DNA from: Macrostomum lignano
Lineage: Eukaryota
Length of the DNA: 64,000 nt
Reading direction: 5' to 3'
NCBI GenBank assembly: GCA_002269645.1
Contig: NIVC01000068.1
Coordinates: forward strand, 248,001 to 312,000
A model generated the notes under the pieces. The model made no database searches. It was not told where the DNA came from and worked only from the letters and a program-made list of their open reading frames with translations. Made by a program: the position numbers and the translations under genes. Every line of letters starts with the position of its first letter. The first letter of the stretch is position 1. Below, piece after piece: positions 1 to 13,249 of the stretch.

Positions 1-272
1 GCGAGATCAAAGGATTCGATAAAGTATGCGGAGTGGGTTGGCGGCGAGATCAAAAGATCCGATAAAGTGTGCGGAATGGGCTGGCGGTGAGATCAAAGGA
101 TTCGATAAAGTGTGTGGAGTGGGTTGGCGGTGAGATCAAAAGATTCGATAAAGTGTGCGGAGTGGGTTGGCGGCGAGATCAAAAGATCCGATAAAATGTG
201 CGGAGTGGGTTGGTGGCGAGATCAAAAGATTCGATAAAGTGTGCGGAGTGGGTTGGCGGCGAGATCAAAAGA
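1..272. repeat. 43-bp tandem minisatellite, about 6 copies, truncated by window edge
   Basis: Unit GCGAGATCAAAAGATTCGATAAAGTGTGCGGAGTGGGTTGGCG repeated directly. Confidence 0.9.
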
Positions 273-343
273 TAAATCTTTTAGCAGCATGCTTAAAAGT
301 CTTTAAATTGAACTAAAATAAATATTTATGGAAACACGTGCAG

Positions 344-3300
344 ACAACCAGTGCCAGACCACTATGTGGTGCGATTGGAAAGACAAGACGGCGGTCTAAC
401 CAATGTTGGTAAAGTCACCTGCCGCAGTCGAGCTGATGAGGCACGAAACAAGGCAGATGCGATTGAGTGCCCCTCTGGATACCTGCCAGGAGATCGGTAC
501 TATTATAGACGGCTGAACGAGTCCTGCTCTCATGGGGTGAGGCGTGTACTTTTTTATACTGGGCATTTCCCAATCCTGTCTGCCTCAGTGTCTGCCTCAG
601 TGTCTGCCTCAGTGTCTGCCTCAGTGTCTGCCTCAGTGTCTGTCTCAGTGTCTGTCTCAGTGTCTGTCTCAGTGTCTGTCTCAGTGTCTGTCTCAGTGTC
701 TGTCTCAGTGTCTGTCTCAGTGTCTGTCTTAGTGTCTGTCTCAGTGTCTGTCTCAGTGTCTGTCTCAGTGTCTGTCTTTGTGTCTGTCTCAGTGTCTGTC
801 TCAGTGTCTGTCTCAGTGTCTGTCTCAGTGTCTGTCTCAGTATCTGTCTCAGTGTCTCAGTGTCTGTCTCTGTTTCTCAGTGTCTCACCTGTCTGTCTAT
901 GACCAGGTATTATCGTGACCAATCTATTTGCCTGTCCATCAGAGACCTTCTAAAACCTCAATCTCATTTAGGCAAAATGAGAGTTCAAATAATCGAACCT
1001 TTTGCGCCAATCAAAATTTCGGCAAAAAACTTCCAATGATTCTCTCTTGAAGTAGCCATTGAACAGAAGGAGACTATAAGCTTCCATGTCGAAGAGTCAA
1101 TGATTAAATACCCACCTCTGTAGCAGCAGCCCTACTCTCCTCTCCCAAGTCGGTACTCAGGAAAAAAGAGCTTATGAAAGAAGAGCAGGGATTCAGCTAA
1201 ATTATTTTTTATCCATCTTACTAAGCCTCCTGTCTATCCTCTCTTCTCGACTGGTCAACTTTTATCACGAACGGCTAGTTGGGTGCGAGTTCCGCGCCCG
1301 CAAACTCGAACTCTCTTAGGTCCGAACACATTTGTCTGAATTATGCTCAACTCCAGCCTATACTTTGAGATCCTGTTCCATCTTGGAAAGGTTTTCTCTC
1401 GTTTTTTTGCTTTCTCAGTCTCAGAATTGCCAGCTGAGCAATAAATAATGTATGATGGCTCGTATAAAAAGTTCTCGGACTACCAGGACAAGTTGTGTTC
1501 CCAGTCTGCCTGACTGTTTGTTTCCTGAGAAACTCGGTTGAATTTGCATTTCACATGTTTTTCTCTGCATTGCAAGTTGATGTATTGCCCTGCGGGGGAT
1601 GGCAAGCAGGCATGGGTGTGTAGGACATGGGGGTCTGGAGTTCGATCTCTGCATGGCTTTTGTACCAGTCTATTTGGTCAGTAAAGTACTTTGTGTCTGC
1701 GTCTTTGTGTCTGTGTGTCTGTGTGTCTTTATGTCTTTGTGCCTGTGTGTCTTTGTGTCTGTGTCTTTGTGTCTTTGTGTCTGTGTGTCTTTGTGTCTGT
1801 GTGTCTGTGTGTCTTTGTGTCTTTGTGTCTTAGGGTCTGTGTGTCTTTGTGTCTTTGTGTCTGTGTGTCTTTGTGTCTTAGGGTCTTTGTATCTTTGTCT
1901 GTCTGTCTGTCTGTCTGACTGTCTGTCTGTCTTTCAGTGTCTGTCTTTCTGTCTGTCCGCCCCTATGTCTGCTTGTCTGCATATGTGCTTCAAATATGTG
2001 TTTTTTGTTGAAGTTTAGTTCATCATATTAAAGTATTCAAAGTACTGATTGTGAATTTATATTTCTTTTTGGCACAGAACTCGGTGGGCGAGCCAGCCGG
2101 CAAGCGGAAATCCTACGCATTTCAGTGCGGTCAGAAAACGGCCCTTTTAAGGCGCCTGTTCAACATGACTATGGACGAAGATGAGCTGCTGCCGATGGCC
2201 GAGAGGGCTGGACAAAATGACTGCGGCTATGCAAAAGTCAAGTGCTTGGCCTGTTTGAGTCAGCCTTCCTGCGAGCACAGATGTTAGTTCATTGTGTACT
2301 TTTGTTGGCTTGTCTTATTACGATCTTACCTCTCAAGTCCTTTGTTCTCCCGTTAACTTTGTTTCTCATGAGATTGCATTCTATCTATCATGAGATTGCA
2401 TTCTATTTATCATGAGATTCCATTCTATCTATCATGAGATTCCATTCTATCTATCATGAGATTCCATTCTATCTATCATGAGATTCCATTCTATTTATCA
2501 TGAGATTCCATTCTATCTATCATGAGATTCCATTATATCTATCATGAGATTCCATTATATCTATCATGAGATTCCATTCTATCTATCATGAGATTCCATT
2601 CTATCTATCATGAGATTCCATTATATCTATCATGAGATTCCATTCTATCTATCATGAGATTCCATTATATCTATCATGAGATTCCATTATATCTATCATG
2701 AGATTCCATTATATCTATCATGAGATTCAATTCTATCTATCATGAGATTCCATTCTATCTATCATGAGATTCCATTCTATCTATCATGAGATTCCATTCT
2801 ATCTATCATGAGATTCCATTCCATCTATCATGAGATTCCATTCCATCTATCATGAGATTCCATTCCATCTATCATGAGATTCCATTCTATCTCTCATGAG
2901 ATTCCATTCTATCTATCATGAGATTCCATTCTATCTATCATGAGATTCCATTCCATCTATCATGAGATTCCATTCCATCTATCATGAGATTCCATTCCAT
3001 CTATCATGAGATTCCATTCCATCTATCATGAGATTCCATTCCATCTATCATGAGATTCCATTCCATCTATCATGAGATTCCATTCCATCTATCATGAGAT
3101 TCCATTCCATCTATCATGAGATTCCATTCTATTTCTCATGAGATTCCATTCTATCTATCATGAGATTCCATTCTATTTATCATGAGATTCCATTCCATCT
3201 ATCATGAGATTCCATTCTATTTATCATGAGATTCCATTCTATCTATCATGAGGTGTCATAGTCTTTTTTCAATTGTCTTTTTGCAGATTCAAGCTGCTGC

Positions 3301-6300
3301 AAGCTGGACTGCTTCACGAAGGAACCCTGCGCCACTTACTACAGATCCAAGTGCGTCACGGCTGAGCCCACCTGCGGCAAGGGTAAAAACTAGCAATCAT
3401 TCATTCATGTTCAATCATTCATCATTAGCAATCCATCTGATCAATTCATCATTCATGTTGGCTAGATTAGCAATCCATCTGATCAATTCATCATTCATGT
3501 TGGCTAGATTAGCAATCCATCTGATCAATTCATCATTCATGCTGGCTAGATTAGCAGTTATAAAACACCTTTTAAAGAAGATTAAGCGCTGCTATGTATT
3601 TTTTGAAAGCGCATCATACTACTTATGCGTCTTAAAGCAGTAGCGAGACAAAGAAAGGCTAGCTATTTTATTTGTTTGTCATAAAAACAATTATTGAAAT
3701 AGTTTTTAAACAGCTTGTCGCACGTACCAGGCCGAAAAATTTGGGGATTATATTCCCATTGGTGATTGAAATCTTGCAATGGGAAACCCATTTCACGCTT
3801 GAAGCGAATCCCAAATGAGGAGTGGGGCTTGGAGACTGCTTGGAGGTGGTCGCTGTCCTCCCCACACCCATAAGATTCTTCCTGACGGTTTCTCAAAATC
3901 AAAGATTAAAACAAAAATAATAATAATACGCACTGCTAGCTTCACGCCAGTTACAGGAGCTGTTTGCACACGAAGCAGGGGGTTTTTGTGTCAAAGCCAA
4001 ATTGGCACTCCGTGTGCTGTCACATTCGTTTGAGGAAAATTGTCCCCAGGTGGGTTGCCGTGAGAATCACAGCCAAGAGGACCAACCCCACCCCCCCAAT
4101 GCACAGAGAGTGCACATGCCTGACGATTAGAAAGTCAAAGGACCGATGTACACCCTGTGTGAGCGTTAATTATTTAAGAATCCTTGCCTTCGAAACTTAC
4201 AGGCACTGTTGACACGTTCACCCTGACACCAACATTTGCTGGACTGGCTTCTCCTAGTAGCAACCTGTCCGATTTTGCATGCCATTTAGCCTACAACAGA
4301 CCGGAGCAACTGTACCAGCTCAGCTATTCCTTCAGGCTAGCAGCAAAGGGGGACAGCGGAAGCGGCGCATGGCGGGGTCCCATTGAGTCCACGACGATTC
4401 CAGCCAGCAACTCAAGTTTTCACCGTCAAGGTCAGATGAACTTCGGCGCTTTGAAACTGAGCCACGATACTGGAATAGATTTGCCTAGTAACTACCTGCT
4501 GAGGGGGCGGCTACGCACGGATCGTACCGGTTCTGTCACCGGTTACCGGTTCCGGTACCACCGGTTGCGCCGGTTTGCAGACGGAGGCGACGGCAAATTT
4601 CAGCCGGATGCGCCAGTCGAAGGAAAAAAAATGTGCGTGGCTTTGATTTTCTGAAAAGCTACGAGTTTAATTTCTTGGAAAATATTGCATCTTCTCTATG
4701 AAATTTACAATTCAGAAGTTTTTTATTCTCAAAGAATTCATGCGATTCCCAAGGAGGATTTTTTCTAAGAACTCAACCTATTTTCATCTATAAGCAGTTT
4801 CTTTCTATAAAAGAGAGATTATTTAAACAATCTAAAACAGCGTTCTAGGAAGTATGGTCGACCTGTTTAAGGAAGTCTCCAATGAAATTTCTTGACGAGT
4901 TTTCCAAGAAACCTTATTTTAGTTTGTTTTTGAGAAACCGAAAGGAAATTGTGTATGTTATTTCTAGGAAATCCTGAAACACTTCCAGGAAAAAGTATCT
5001 TTTGTTTCTTGGAAAACGTGTCTTTTGCTTCTAGGAAATCGTATCTTTTGTTTCTAGGAAATCGTATCTTTTGTTTCTAGGAAATCGTATCTTTTGTTTC
5101 TAGGAAATCGTATCTTTTGTTTCTAGGAAATCGTATCTTTTGTTTCTAGGAAATCGTATCTTTTGTTTCTAGGAAATCATTACACTTTTTAAGAAACCGC
5201 AATTTTATTTGATGGATAGGGAAGTTTAAAATGGTAACTCTAGAAAAAATGCTTTCCAGGAAATCGCCCCCTGTTAACTATTTATTGAGTTATCAAAGTC
5301 ATTCTCAAACCCATCTCAAACAACCGAACTTGCAGGTACTCCGTGGCGGTGCAAGTTCGCAGCCCATTTGCCATATCTTCGTCCAGTTGGTCTCGCCTCA
5401 ACTGCCAGTTAAACGCCAGCTTGCTGGTGCCCAATGCGACTATCTACTCAGACGGGGAGGGTGTGGGAGACGATTTCGATGCGCCGGCTGTTAATCGGCA
5501 TCGCGAAGGCTTTCGGTACACCGTGCGGACTGCCGGATATCCGTATCTCAGTATGAGAGTGGCAGGTGAGAATGCATTGTACTTGTCTGAGTAGGTCATG
5601 TACTTATCTGAGTAGGTTATGTACTTGTCTGAGTAGGTTATGTACTTGTCTGAGTATGTTATGTACTTGTCTGAGTAGGTTATGTACTTGTCTGAGTAGG
5701 TTATGTACTTGTCTGAGTAGGTTATGTACTTGTCTGAGTAGGTTATGTACTTGTCTGAGTAGGTTATGTACTTGTCTGAGTAGGATATGCACTTGTCTGA
5801 GTAGGATATGTATTTGTCTGAGTAGGTTATGTACTTGTCTGAGTAGGTTATGCACTTGTCTGAGTAGGTTATGTACTTGTCTGAGTAGGTTATGTATTTG
5901 TCTGAGTAGGTTATGTACTTGTCTGAGTAGGTTATGTACCAGATTGTGTACCTATGGGGCAGCGGAATTATTAGTTCACTAGTCCGAGAGCCGGCTCCAT
6001 CTGGTGCTCACACCCGGGAGTTCGCGCCCCTCCCCCATCCCCAGCTGAGCCCCAAGCCATCGATCAGTTAATCCGAAGTCTCTGGCAATCGCAATCAAAA
6101 TCCTTTAACTTCCTTCAAGCCGCAGCTCTCGTAATCTCATTATGCAAATTTGTGTCCGGGCGGGCTAATTTTCTTGCACAACTCATGTCTGGACTCGCTC
6201 GCCCTAGCAACGGCCCCAATACACGTCTCTCACCATTCCCATTGTAGCTTTCATATTTTTTGTCGGGAGAATCCCTTTCCCTACTTCTTCGGTGAGAGAG

Positions 6301-9300
6301 AGTTTCGTTTTAGGGGGGATTTCGCCAAGCAAAGCTGTCAAACCTGAAGCCCCTTGGCCCCCACTGTGCTGATCGGTGCAAGCGTTGAGGATTTTTCTCT
6401 TATAAAGTGAAGAATTAGCAATGTTCCCCTCCCCCACAGCCATCTCTCAGAAGCCATCTCCATCTTCTCAATGTCGTTATTTATTCTCTAATTTTAGACT
6501 TCTGAGGTCCTCTGGCTTCAGATGTTTTTTCTGAGGATAACATTCTAGGCTTCTCAATCTTTTTCGCCTTAGTCTGCGCCTGTTTCACAAGCAATAATGA
6601 CTTTCTGTGGTGTACTGGAATTGAAGAATTTGCTATGGATATTTTGCTTGCTTAAAGAATCTGAATCACCTTTTACCTCTGTTCTGTTCTCTGTAACTGT
6701 CTCTATCCCTGTCTCTATCCCTGTCTCTATCCCTGTCTCTATCCCTGTCTCTATCCCTGTCTCTATCCCTGTCTCTATCCCTGTCTCCATCCCTGTCTCT
6801 ATCCCTGTCTCTATCCCTGTCTCTATCCCTGTCTCTATCCCTGTCTCTATCCCTGTCTCTATCCCTGTCTCTATCCCTGTCTCTATCCCTGTCTCTATCC
6901 CTGTCTCTATCCCTGTCTCTATCCCTGTCTCTATCCCTGTCTCTATCCCTGTCTCTATCCCTGTCTCTATCCCTGTCTCTATCTGTACTCTATCCCCGTC
7001 TCTATCCATGTCTCTATCCATGTCTTTATCCCTGTCTCTATCCATGTCTCTATCCCTGTCTCTATCTGTTCTCTATCCCTGTCTCTATCTGTTCTCTATC
7101 CTTGTCTCTATTCCTGTCTCTATCTGTTCTCTATCCCTGTCTCTATCCTGTCTCTATCCCTGTCTCTATCCATGTCTCTATCCATGTCTCTATCCCTGTC
7201 TCTATCCCTGTCTCTATCCCTGTCTCTATCCATGTCTCTATCCATGTCTCTATCCCTGTCTCTATCCCTGTCTCTATCCATGTCTCTATCCCTGTCTCTA
7301 TCTGTTCTCTATCCCTGTCTCTATCTGTTCTCTATCCTTGTCTCTATTCCTGTCTCTATCTGTTCTCTATCCCTGTCTCTATCCTGTCTCTATCCCTGTC
7401 TCTATCCATGTCTCTATCCATGTCTCTATCCCTGTCTCTATCCCTGTCTCTATCCCTGTCTCTATCCATGTCTCTATCCATGTCTCTATCCCTGTCTCTA
7501 TCCCTGTCTCTATCCCTGTCTCTATCCCTATCTCTATCTGTTCTCTATCCCCGTCTCTATCTGTTCTCTATCCTTGTCTCTATCTGTTCTCTATCCCTGT
7601 CTCTATCTGTTCTCTATCCCTGTCTCTATCCCTGTCTCTATCCCTGTCTCTATCCCTGTCTCTATCCCTATCTCTATCTGTTCTCTATCCCCGTCTCTAT
7701 CTGTTCTCTATCCCCGTCTCTATCTGTTCTCTATCCCTGTCTCTATCCCTGTCTCTATCCCTGTCTCTATCCCTGTCTCTATCCCTGTCTCTATCCCTGT
7801 CTCTATCCCTGTCTCTATCCCTGTCTCTATCTGTTCTCTATCCCAGTCTCTATCCCTGTCTCTATCCTTATCTCTATCTCTAAATCTATCTCTAAATATA
7901 TTCTTTTTGCTCTCTAACTCTTGTTCCGACTCTGTCCATCAGACATGTCTACATATTGGCATCTGACTATATTCTTGAGCAACATTGTTTAGGCCAGTAC
8001 ATGTAGCCACACGCAGTATTTTATAAAAAGTCCTTACCAGGAGCTTTAATACTCTTCACTAAATCTTCCTTATGCAAATTTTGACTCAAATCATAAATCA
8101 GTCTGCCACCTGTCAGGTGAAGCAATCAATTATTAGTTATAAGCACTGGTCCAGCAGAGCCTGTCTAGAGTCAGGTCAAATATTGCTAATATATTAAAAA
8201 ACAACTGAGGCTAAGTTCGCAGATCAGCAACCAAATTTGATGCGATGAACTGCAATCTGTACTGACTTCAACAGCTAGGCTGATGAAGCTGCTGAACAGG
8301 GGAAAAATCTATCCATGCATTCTTCCACGCACTAGTGTTTTCCCTCAAAAAACCCCCAGTTCTGTAACTCAGCTCTGCTCTGCCCCCCTCTCCTCTGCTC
8401 TATCCATCGTGTTGTTTTTGTTTCGAAGTGGGATAGTTGGGAGATTTACTTTTGCAAAAATATACCAAAAACAGAGTATTCTTTTTGTCGGTGCTCACGA
8501 TAGCTCTCGACAGGATTGCACAGCTAAACAAGTAGGTTTTGTATAGGCTCATAAATGTTGGCTTGGAACGAAAAATAAGTTGACATAAGTGGTATTTCAT
8601 AATTTTTGCGTACTGAAGGGAAGAGAGGGAGAGAGGGGAAGAGAGGGAGAGAGGGGAAGAGAGGGAGAGAGGGGAAGAGAGGGAGAGAGGGGAAGAGAGG
8701 GAGAGAGGGGAAGAGAGGGAGAGAGGGGAAGAGAGGGAGAGAGGGGAAGAGAGGGAGAGAGGGGAAGAGAGGGGAAGAAAGGGAGAGAGGGGAAGAGAGA
8801 GAGAGGGGAAGAGAGGGAGAGAGGGGAAGAGAGGGAGAGAGGGAGAGAGGGGAAGAGAGAGAGAGAGGGGAAGAGAGAGAGAGAGGGGGAAGAGAGGGAG
8901 AGAGGGGAAGAGAGGGAAGAGTCCTTTTAACCGCAAAGAATTGACACGATAATGCAGATGTTAAAGCGAAGTGCCAAAGAGAGAGAGAGGGAGAGAGATG
9001 CAGAGAGGCAGAGAGGGAGAGAAAGAGGGAGAGATGGAGAGAAAGAAGAAGATCCATCAGCATCTTGGCACACGCAACCGCTTACCTCTGAGTTTTGTTG
9101 CGTGCAGAAACTGATAATTAACTTGAAATAGGAAAGGCGCGCTCACTCATCCCAACCCCTCAACCTTTAACCCAGGCCATCTCTGCTGTAGTTGCTTTGT
9201 CGTACTGACAATGGTGGCGTCAAATCAAATCAAGTCAAATAGAAACCTTCTGTTTCTCAAGTTAAATAAGACCTTTAGAGATAGAGAGGGAGTGAGAAGA

Positions 9301-9367
9301 CGGTCAGGGGGAGAGGGAGAGGTAGAGTTAGAAGGATCCATGAATGAGAGAAGGAGAGAGGCAGAGT

Positions 9368-9408
<41 letters not shown>

Positions 9409-10060
9409 AGAGAAAAGGAAAGAGGGAGAAGAAGAGAGGGAGAGCGAGTGGGAGTGGAAGAGAGGGAGGGGAGAGGGAGGGGAGAGGGAGGGGGAGAGGG
9501 AGGGGGAGAGGGAGGGGGAGAGGGAGGGGAGAGGGAGGGGGAGAGGGAGGGGAGAGGGAGGGGAGAGGGAGGGGAGAGGGAGGGGAAGAGGGAGGGGTAG
9601 AGGGAGAGAGGGAGAGGGAAAGAGAGGATAGATGGAAGGGTTGAAGGCTTCACGGTTCTGAGCAGTGACTTTACAATTGTCTGAGGAAATTGCTATAAAA
9701 ATACATGCATAAAAATTACATAAAAGTCGGAAATCCATCTGTCTTCCTCAACAAGTCGAAGTGAGAATTCTCCCAACCAATCACAGCTGCCCACCAGCGG
9801 TCGGCCCCCAACCCCCTGACAGGATTATTATAATCCTTTGCTAAGAAATCCCAACTTTAATCCCATAGCCAGATTTACAAGACAGATTCGGCTAAAAGAA
9901 GATACTAATCATTATTAATTTTGTTTTATTTCAGACAATAGGTCCTTGGTTCGAGACTATTTTTGTCGAACTGACGTGGCCCGTGAGTCACAACTGGTGG
10001 AGGCTGCAGCAAGGGTGACAAAGTCGACTCAGGATGGCTACTGGACTGTGACGGTTGAGG
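344..10060 (+). CDS. Multi-exon gene (5' end outside window): Cys-rich, fibronectin type III-like extracellular protein. Exons 344-536, 2078-2282, 3287-3382, 4203-4632, 5336-5565, 9935-10060
   Basis: All six exons have AG/GT boundaries and chain with matching phases (0,1,1,2,1,1) into one stop-free reading frame: ...VPDHYVVRL...CSHG-NSVGEP...[19 protein letters not shown]...CGK-GTVDTF...[19 protein letters not shown]...[22 protein letters not shown]...MRVA-DNRSL...YWTVTVE. The FN3 call rests on motif resemblance only. Confidence 0.7.
579..880. repeat. 12-bp tandem repeat (GTCTCAGTGTCT)n, intronic
   Basis: Direct inspection; source of the SVSV/CLSQ ORFs. Confidence 0.9.
1690..1960. repeat. 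Degenerate (GT/CT)-rich simple repeat, intronic
   Basis: TGTGTCTTTG/TGTC units. Confidence 0.8.
2367..3250. repeat. 22-bp minisatellite, about 40 copies, intronic
   Basis: Unit CATGAGATTCCATTCTATCTAT. Confidence 0.95.
3393..3555. repeat. 42-bp tandem repeat, about 4 copies, intronic
   Basis: Unit TAGCAATCCATCTGATCAATTCATCATTCATGTTGGCTAGAT. Confidence 0.85.
4092..4166 (+). repeat. Short dispersed element; related copies at 39954-39993 (-) and 46144-46214 (+)
   Basis: 4127-4166 TTAGAAAGTCAAAGGACCGATGTACACCCTGTGTGAGCGT matches the reverse complement of 39954-39993 at 38/40; a looser match over about 70 bp lies at 46144-46214. Confidence 0.75.
5030..5180. repeat. 23-bp tandem repeat, about 6 copies, intronic
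   Basis: Unit GGAAATCGTATCTTTTGTTTCTA. Confidence 0.9.
5578..5938. repeat. 21-bp minisatellite, about 17 copies, starting just after a splice donor
   Basis: Unit TACTTGTCTGAGTAGGTTATG. Confidence 0.95.
6697..7890. repeat. 12-bp minisatellite (GTCTCTATCCCT)n with variants, about 1.2 kb
   Basis: Direct inspection. Confidence 0.95.
8616..9050. repeat. Polypurine (GA-rich) repeat, 18-bp unit GAAGAGAGGGAGAGAGGG
   Basis: Direct inspection. Confidence 0.9.
9270..9640. repeat. Polypurine GA/GGGA low-complexity tract
   Basis: Direct inspection. Confidence 0.85.
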
Positions 10061-10098
10061 GTGAGTGTGTACTTTTTGGTCTGTACTTTCTGTACTTT

Positions 10099-10700
10099 CA
10101 ATGTCCATAGAATATGGCTTCCAATGTCCATAGAATATGGCTTCCAATGTCCATAGAATATGGCTTCCAATGTCCATAGAATATGGCTTCCAATGTCCAT
10201 AGAATATGGCTTCCAATGTCCATAGAATATGGCTTCCAATGTCTATAGAATATGGAATCCAATGTCTATAGAATATGGCTTCCAATGTCTATAGAATATG
10301 GAATTCAATGTCTATAGGGTCTGTGGCTTCCAATGTCCATAGAATATAACTTCTAATGTCCATAGAATGTGGCCTACAATGTCTATAGAATATGGCCTCC
10401 AATGTCTATAGGGTCTGTGGCTTCCAATGTCCATACAATATGGTCTGCAAATGTCCATAGAATATGGCCTGCAAATTTCAATAGAATATGACCGGCAAAT
10501 GTCCATAGAATATGGCCTGCAAATTTCAATAGAATATGACCGGCAAATGTCCATAGAATATGGCCTGCAAATTTCAATAGAATATGACCGGCAAATGTCC
10601 ATAGAATATGGCCTGCAATTGTCCATAGAATATGACCGGCAAATGTCCATAGAATATGGCCTGCAATTGTCCATAGAATATGACCGGCAAATGTCCATAG
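10099..10700. repeat. Compound 23/24-bp minisatellite
   Basis: Units CCAATGTCCATAGAATATGGCTT (23) then CAAATGTCCATAGAATATGGCCTG (24). Confidence 0.9.
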
Positions 10701-10919
10701 GATATGGAATTAATACTTAAAAATTAGCAAGTATTAATGATATAACAAAATGACCTTTGGCTATCGTGGATCTCAGGGAATATTATATTGCATTGTTTAT
10801 CACTAAAACTGAATAAATTTCTGTATCGAGCTGTATAATATAGGCAGCTTATTGATTAGCCATTTGAAATTTAAACACGCGGAGTATCTCATTATTGATT
10901 TTTCGATTTCTCACCTAAG

Positions 10920-12812
10920 CTTCATCAAAGGGGAGGTCAAGCATTTCTTGTCCAAGGTCTGCAACATTAGGATGTTTCCAGGATTTTTCCTATTACAAGT
11001 ATCTGATTGAAGCAGAAATTCCATCTGAGTCAGGCCTTTTTCATGTAGGCTATGTAGCCCCCTTGATTTGCCGTTACAATTGAGCATCATTCGTTTCATC
11101 GCATGACCCAGAGACACAGAGTCTTGATATCTTTATTCTAAAAAGACTTGATAACTTGACAAACTGTTAAACCGTAATTGTAGTACATGTATATTGATAT
11201 TCCTTCAAATAAAAAAAATAATTGAATACACCTGCCCTTATGGGCAGATTTGCAACCGACAGCCCAGCCGCAGCTATGGCGCGGCGCATCTGAAGGCTGC
11301 GTACGGCTGTTCAGTCGCCATCGCCACACACCCTCAATTATCCAGCTAATGCTGGCACCCATTTTACAACTGAGTGAACTGAAGCAATGCAGAGTTAAGT
11401 GTCTTGCTCAAGGACACAAATTGTTCCAGTGGGATCGGGAATCGAACCCCCGACCTTCAAGTCGTAAGTCCGACGTTCTGACCACTAGGCTACAACCCCA
11501 GTAAACTTTCTTTTCTTCAAAAGAAATTAGCAAACCTAGCATTGTTGATTTTCGGAATGGATTCCGAAGAATTCCGATAGAATTTTACTAGAGATGAAAT
11601 TGAGAGGCGGAAGTGTCAGGTATATAGAAACCTCATCATGGTAGCTGGATGGATCTGTGAACTAGAATTTCTGGCAGATTTAGAAGTTGATGCAGCAGCC
11701 CATGAACTAATTCGAGTTTGGGGTGGCGAGAGAGAGAAAGTATGTGTGCGTGTGTGTGTGTGCGTGTGTCGGTGTGCCGATTAGGTTGAACAGGAGAGGC
11801 AGACGAACACCGCGCCCTCAAAGGTAGCGGAGCGGCGGAGCAAGTGTCTAGAAAAATATAAGTTATGATTTATTGCTGATGCAAAAATATTATTGTAATT
11901 TCTGACGTGCGCCCGGTTTGGAGGTTGGTCAAATCTGAAGGGGGGGGGGGTAGGGAGAATTAGGGATTTGTCATAATCAAGATTTCTGAACGGTAGACGG
12001 TTACAGACAGGTACAAGGGAAAGCGTAGACTCGAAGTTGTGGCTACTTATTGGTTGGAGTTCAATATTATTTATATAAGCACTATGTAGTTTTAATGGAT
12101 ATTTTGTGTTAACGGCTTAGGTGCCCGCATTCGTTGGCTAAAATTCCAGCACAGATTCACCTTGAAACTGTTGGGCTATATATTATTAGCAGTGAGTTGC
12201 ACGCTCATTCCTATGACTCCTAAGCACTCATACTCACCACGGGGTGTACAGTGACCCTGACATTGTGACCCTGACATTGTGACCCTGACATTGTGACCCT
12301 GACATTGTGACCCTGACATTGTGACCCTGACATTGTGACCCTGACATTGTGACCCTGACATTGTGACCCTGACATTGTGACCCTGACATTGTGACCCTGA
12401 CATTGTGACCCTGACATTGTGACCCTGACATTGTGACCCTGACATTCTGACCCTGACATTGTGACCCTGACATTCTGACCCTGACATTCTGACCCTGACA
12501 CACTGACACACAAGCGCCAAATAAACGTGGCCACACGCGGATTCGAACTCAGGAGTCATTGGTGCGAGAGCCGTATATACCGCTGAGCAGCTCTGCCTCT
12601 GTTGTGCTATATTTTTCTAAATAAATGCTTCATCGTTAAATGAAGAGGGCTATTTTTGCATCGTATTTTCATTGTTAATTATCGCAAGGTGCCAAAGTTA
12701 AGCTCGGGGTGATCAAGCATGTGTATCTCAATCCAACAATTACCGACATGCAGTTTGCCAATGCTTGGCTGATCAGAAATAGAGAGATCGGGACAGATAG
12801 GACGGGAATAGA
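10920..12812 (+). CDS. Candidate further exons of gene 1: 10920-10998, 11592-11722, 12689-about 12812
   Basis: AG acceptors and phase chain 1-2-1 continue the 10060 donor without stops (ASSKGRSSISCPR...YYK-DEIERRKCQVYRNL...RVW-GAKVKLGVIKHVYLNP...). Some donors are weak (GTGGCG) and the last donor is unresolved. Confidence 0.35.
11200..11499 (-). mobile_element. tRNA-derived SINE with CORE-like central domain
   Basis: Minus strand begins GGGGTTGTAGCCTAGTGG (A box) ... GGTTCGATTCC (B box), then GTGTCCTTGAGCAAGACACTTAAC...CTCAGTTGTAAAATGGG, which resembles the MIR/CORE consensus, and ends in an AT-rich tail. Confidence 0.8.
12251..12505. repeat. 14-bp minisatellite (GACCCTGACATTGT)n, about 18 copies
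   Basis: Direct inspection. Confidence 0.95.
12525..12600 (-). mobile_element. tRNA-like Pol III head (SINE head or tRNA pseudogene)
   Basis: Minus strand GGCAGAGCTGCTCAGCGGTATA (A-box-like) ... GAGTTCGAATCC (B box); no convincing full cloverleaf; abuts the 14-bp array. Confidence 0.5.
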
Positions 12813-13249
12813 AAAGAGGGTAGATCAACCTAAACTTAAGACAGTAACATCGTTACCCAACCTGCAGGCATGACACACCGCCACGCCAGCTTGTAAGCTA
12901 AACACAGAATGGGGGGGAGGATTTGCTACAGCTACCAAACGCCAAAAACAGAGAAAGAGAGAGAGGCTCATTGTAGCTCATACCGGGGAAAAAGTCTTTG
13001 AGAGATGGCTGCCTAGCCGTGGTAGAAATCGATGAGGGTGGCTATGAACCGTCGTTGGTTAGAAATAAAGAAGAGAAAGTGTGAAGACTGAGAAGTTAGA
13101 GAAAGGACACAATACAACTGGGCTGATGTGGATTCCTACTCATATTTGAGTGCATCTTTAAGAATGCTGATCAGCAGATTAGCCTGTGGATGTCTACTAC
13201 TGGGCTGCGGATGTCTTGCTGTGTTTATAGCCCCCATGCCACCAAAGAG

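Noticed and set aside
6569-9738. Long ORFs such as IETG, SIPV, EGERGR (and similar ORFs at 15.6-16.6, 32.7-33.6, 58.4-59.4, 60.8-62.4 kb)
   Set aside because: They are translations of tandem repeats, open in several frames on both strands, and lie in introns or intergenic DNA
11428-11499. Functional tRNA gene
   Set aside because: Anticodon and acceptor stems pair poorly and the sequence continues into a CORE-like SINE body
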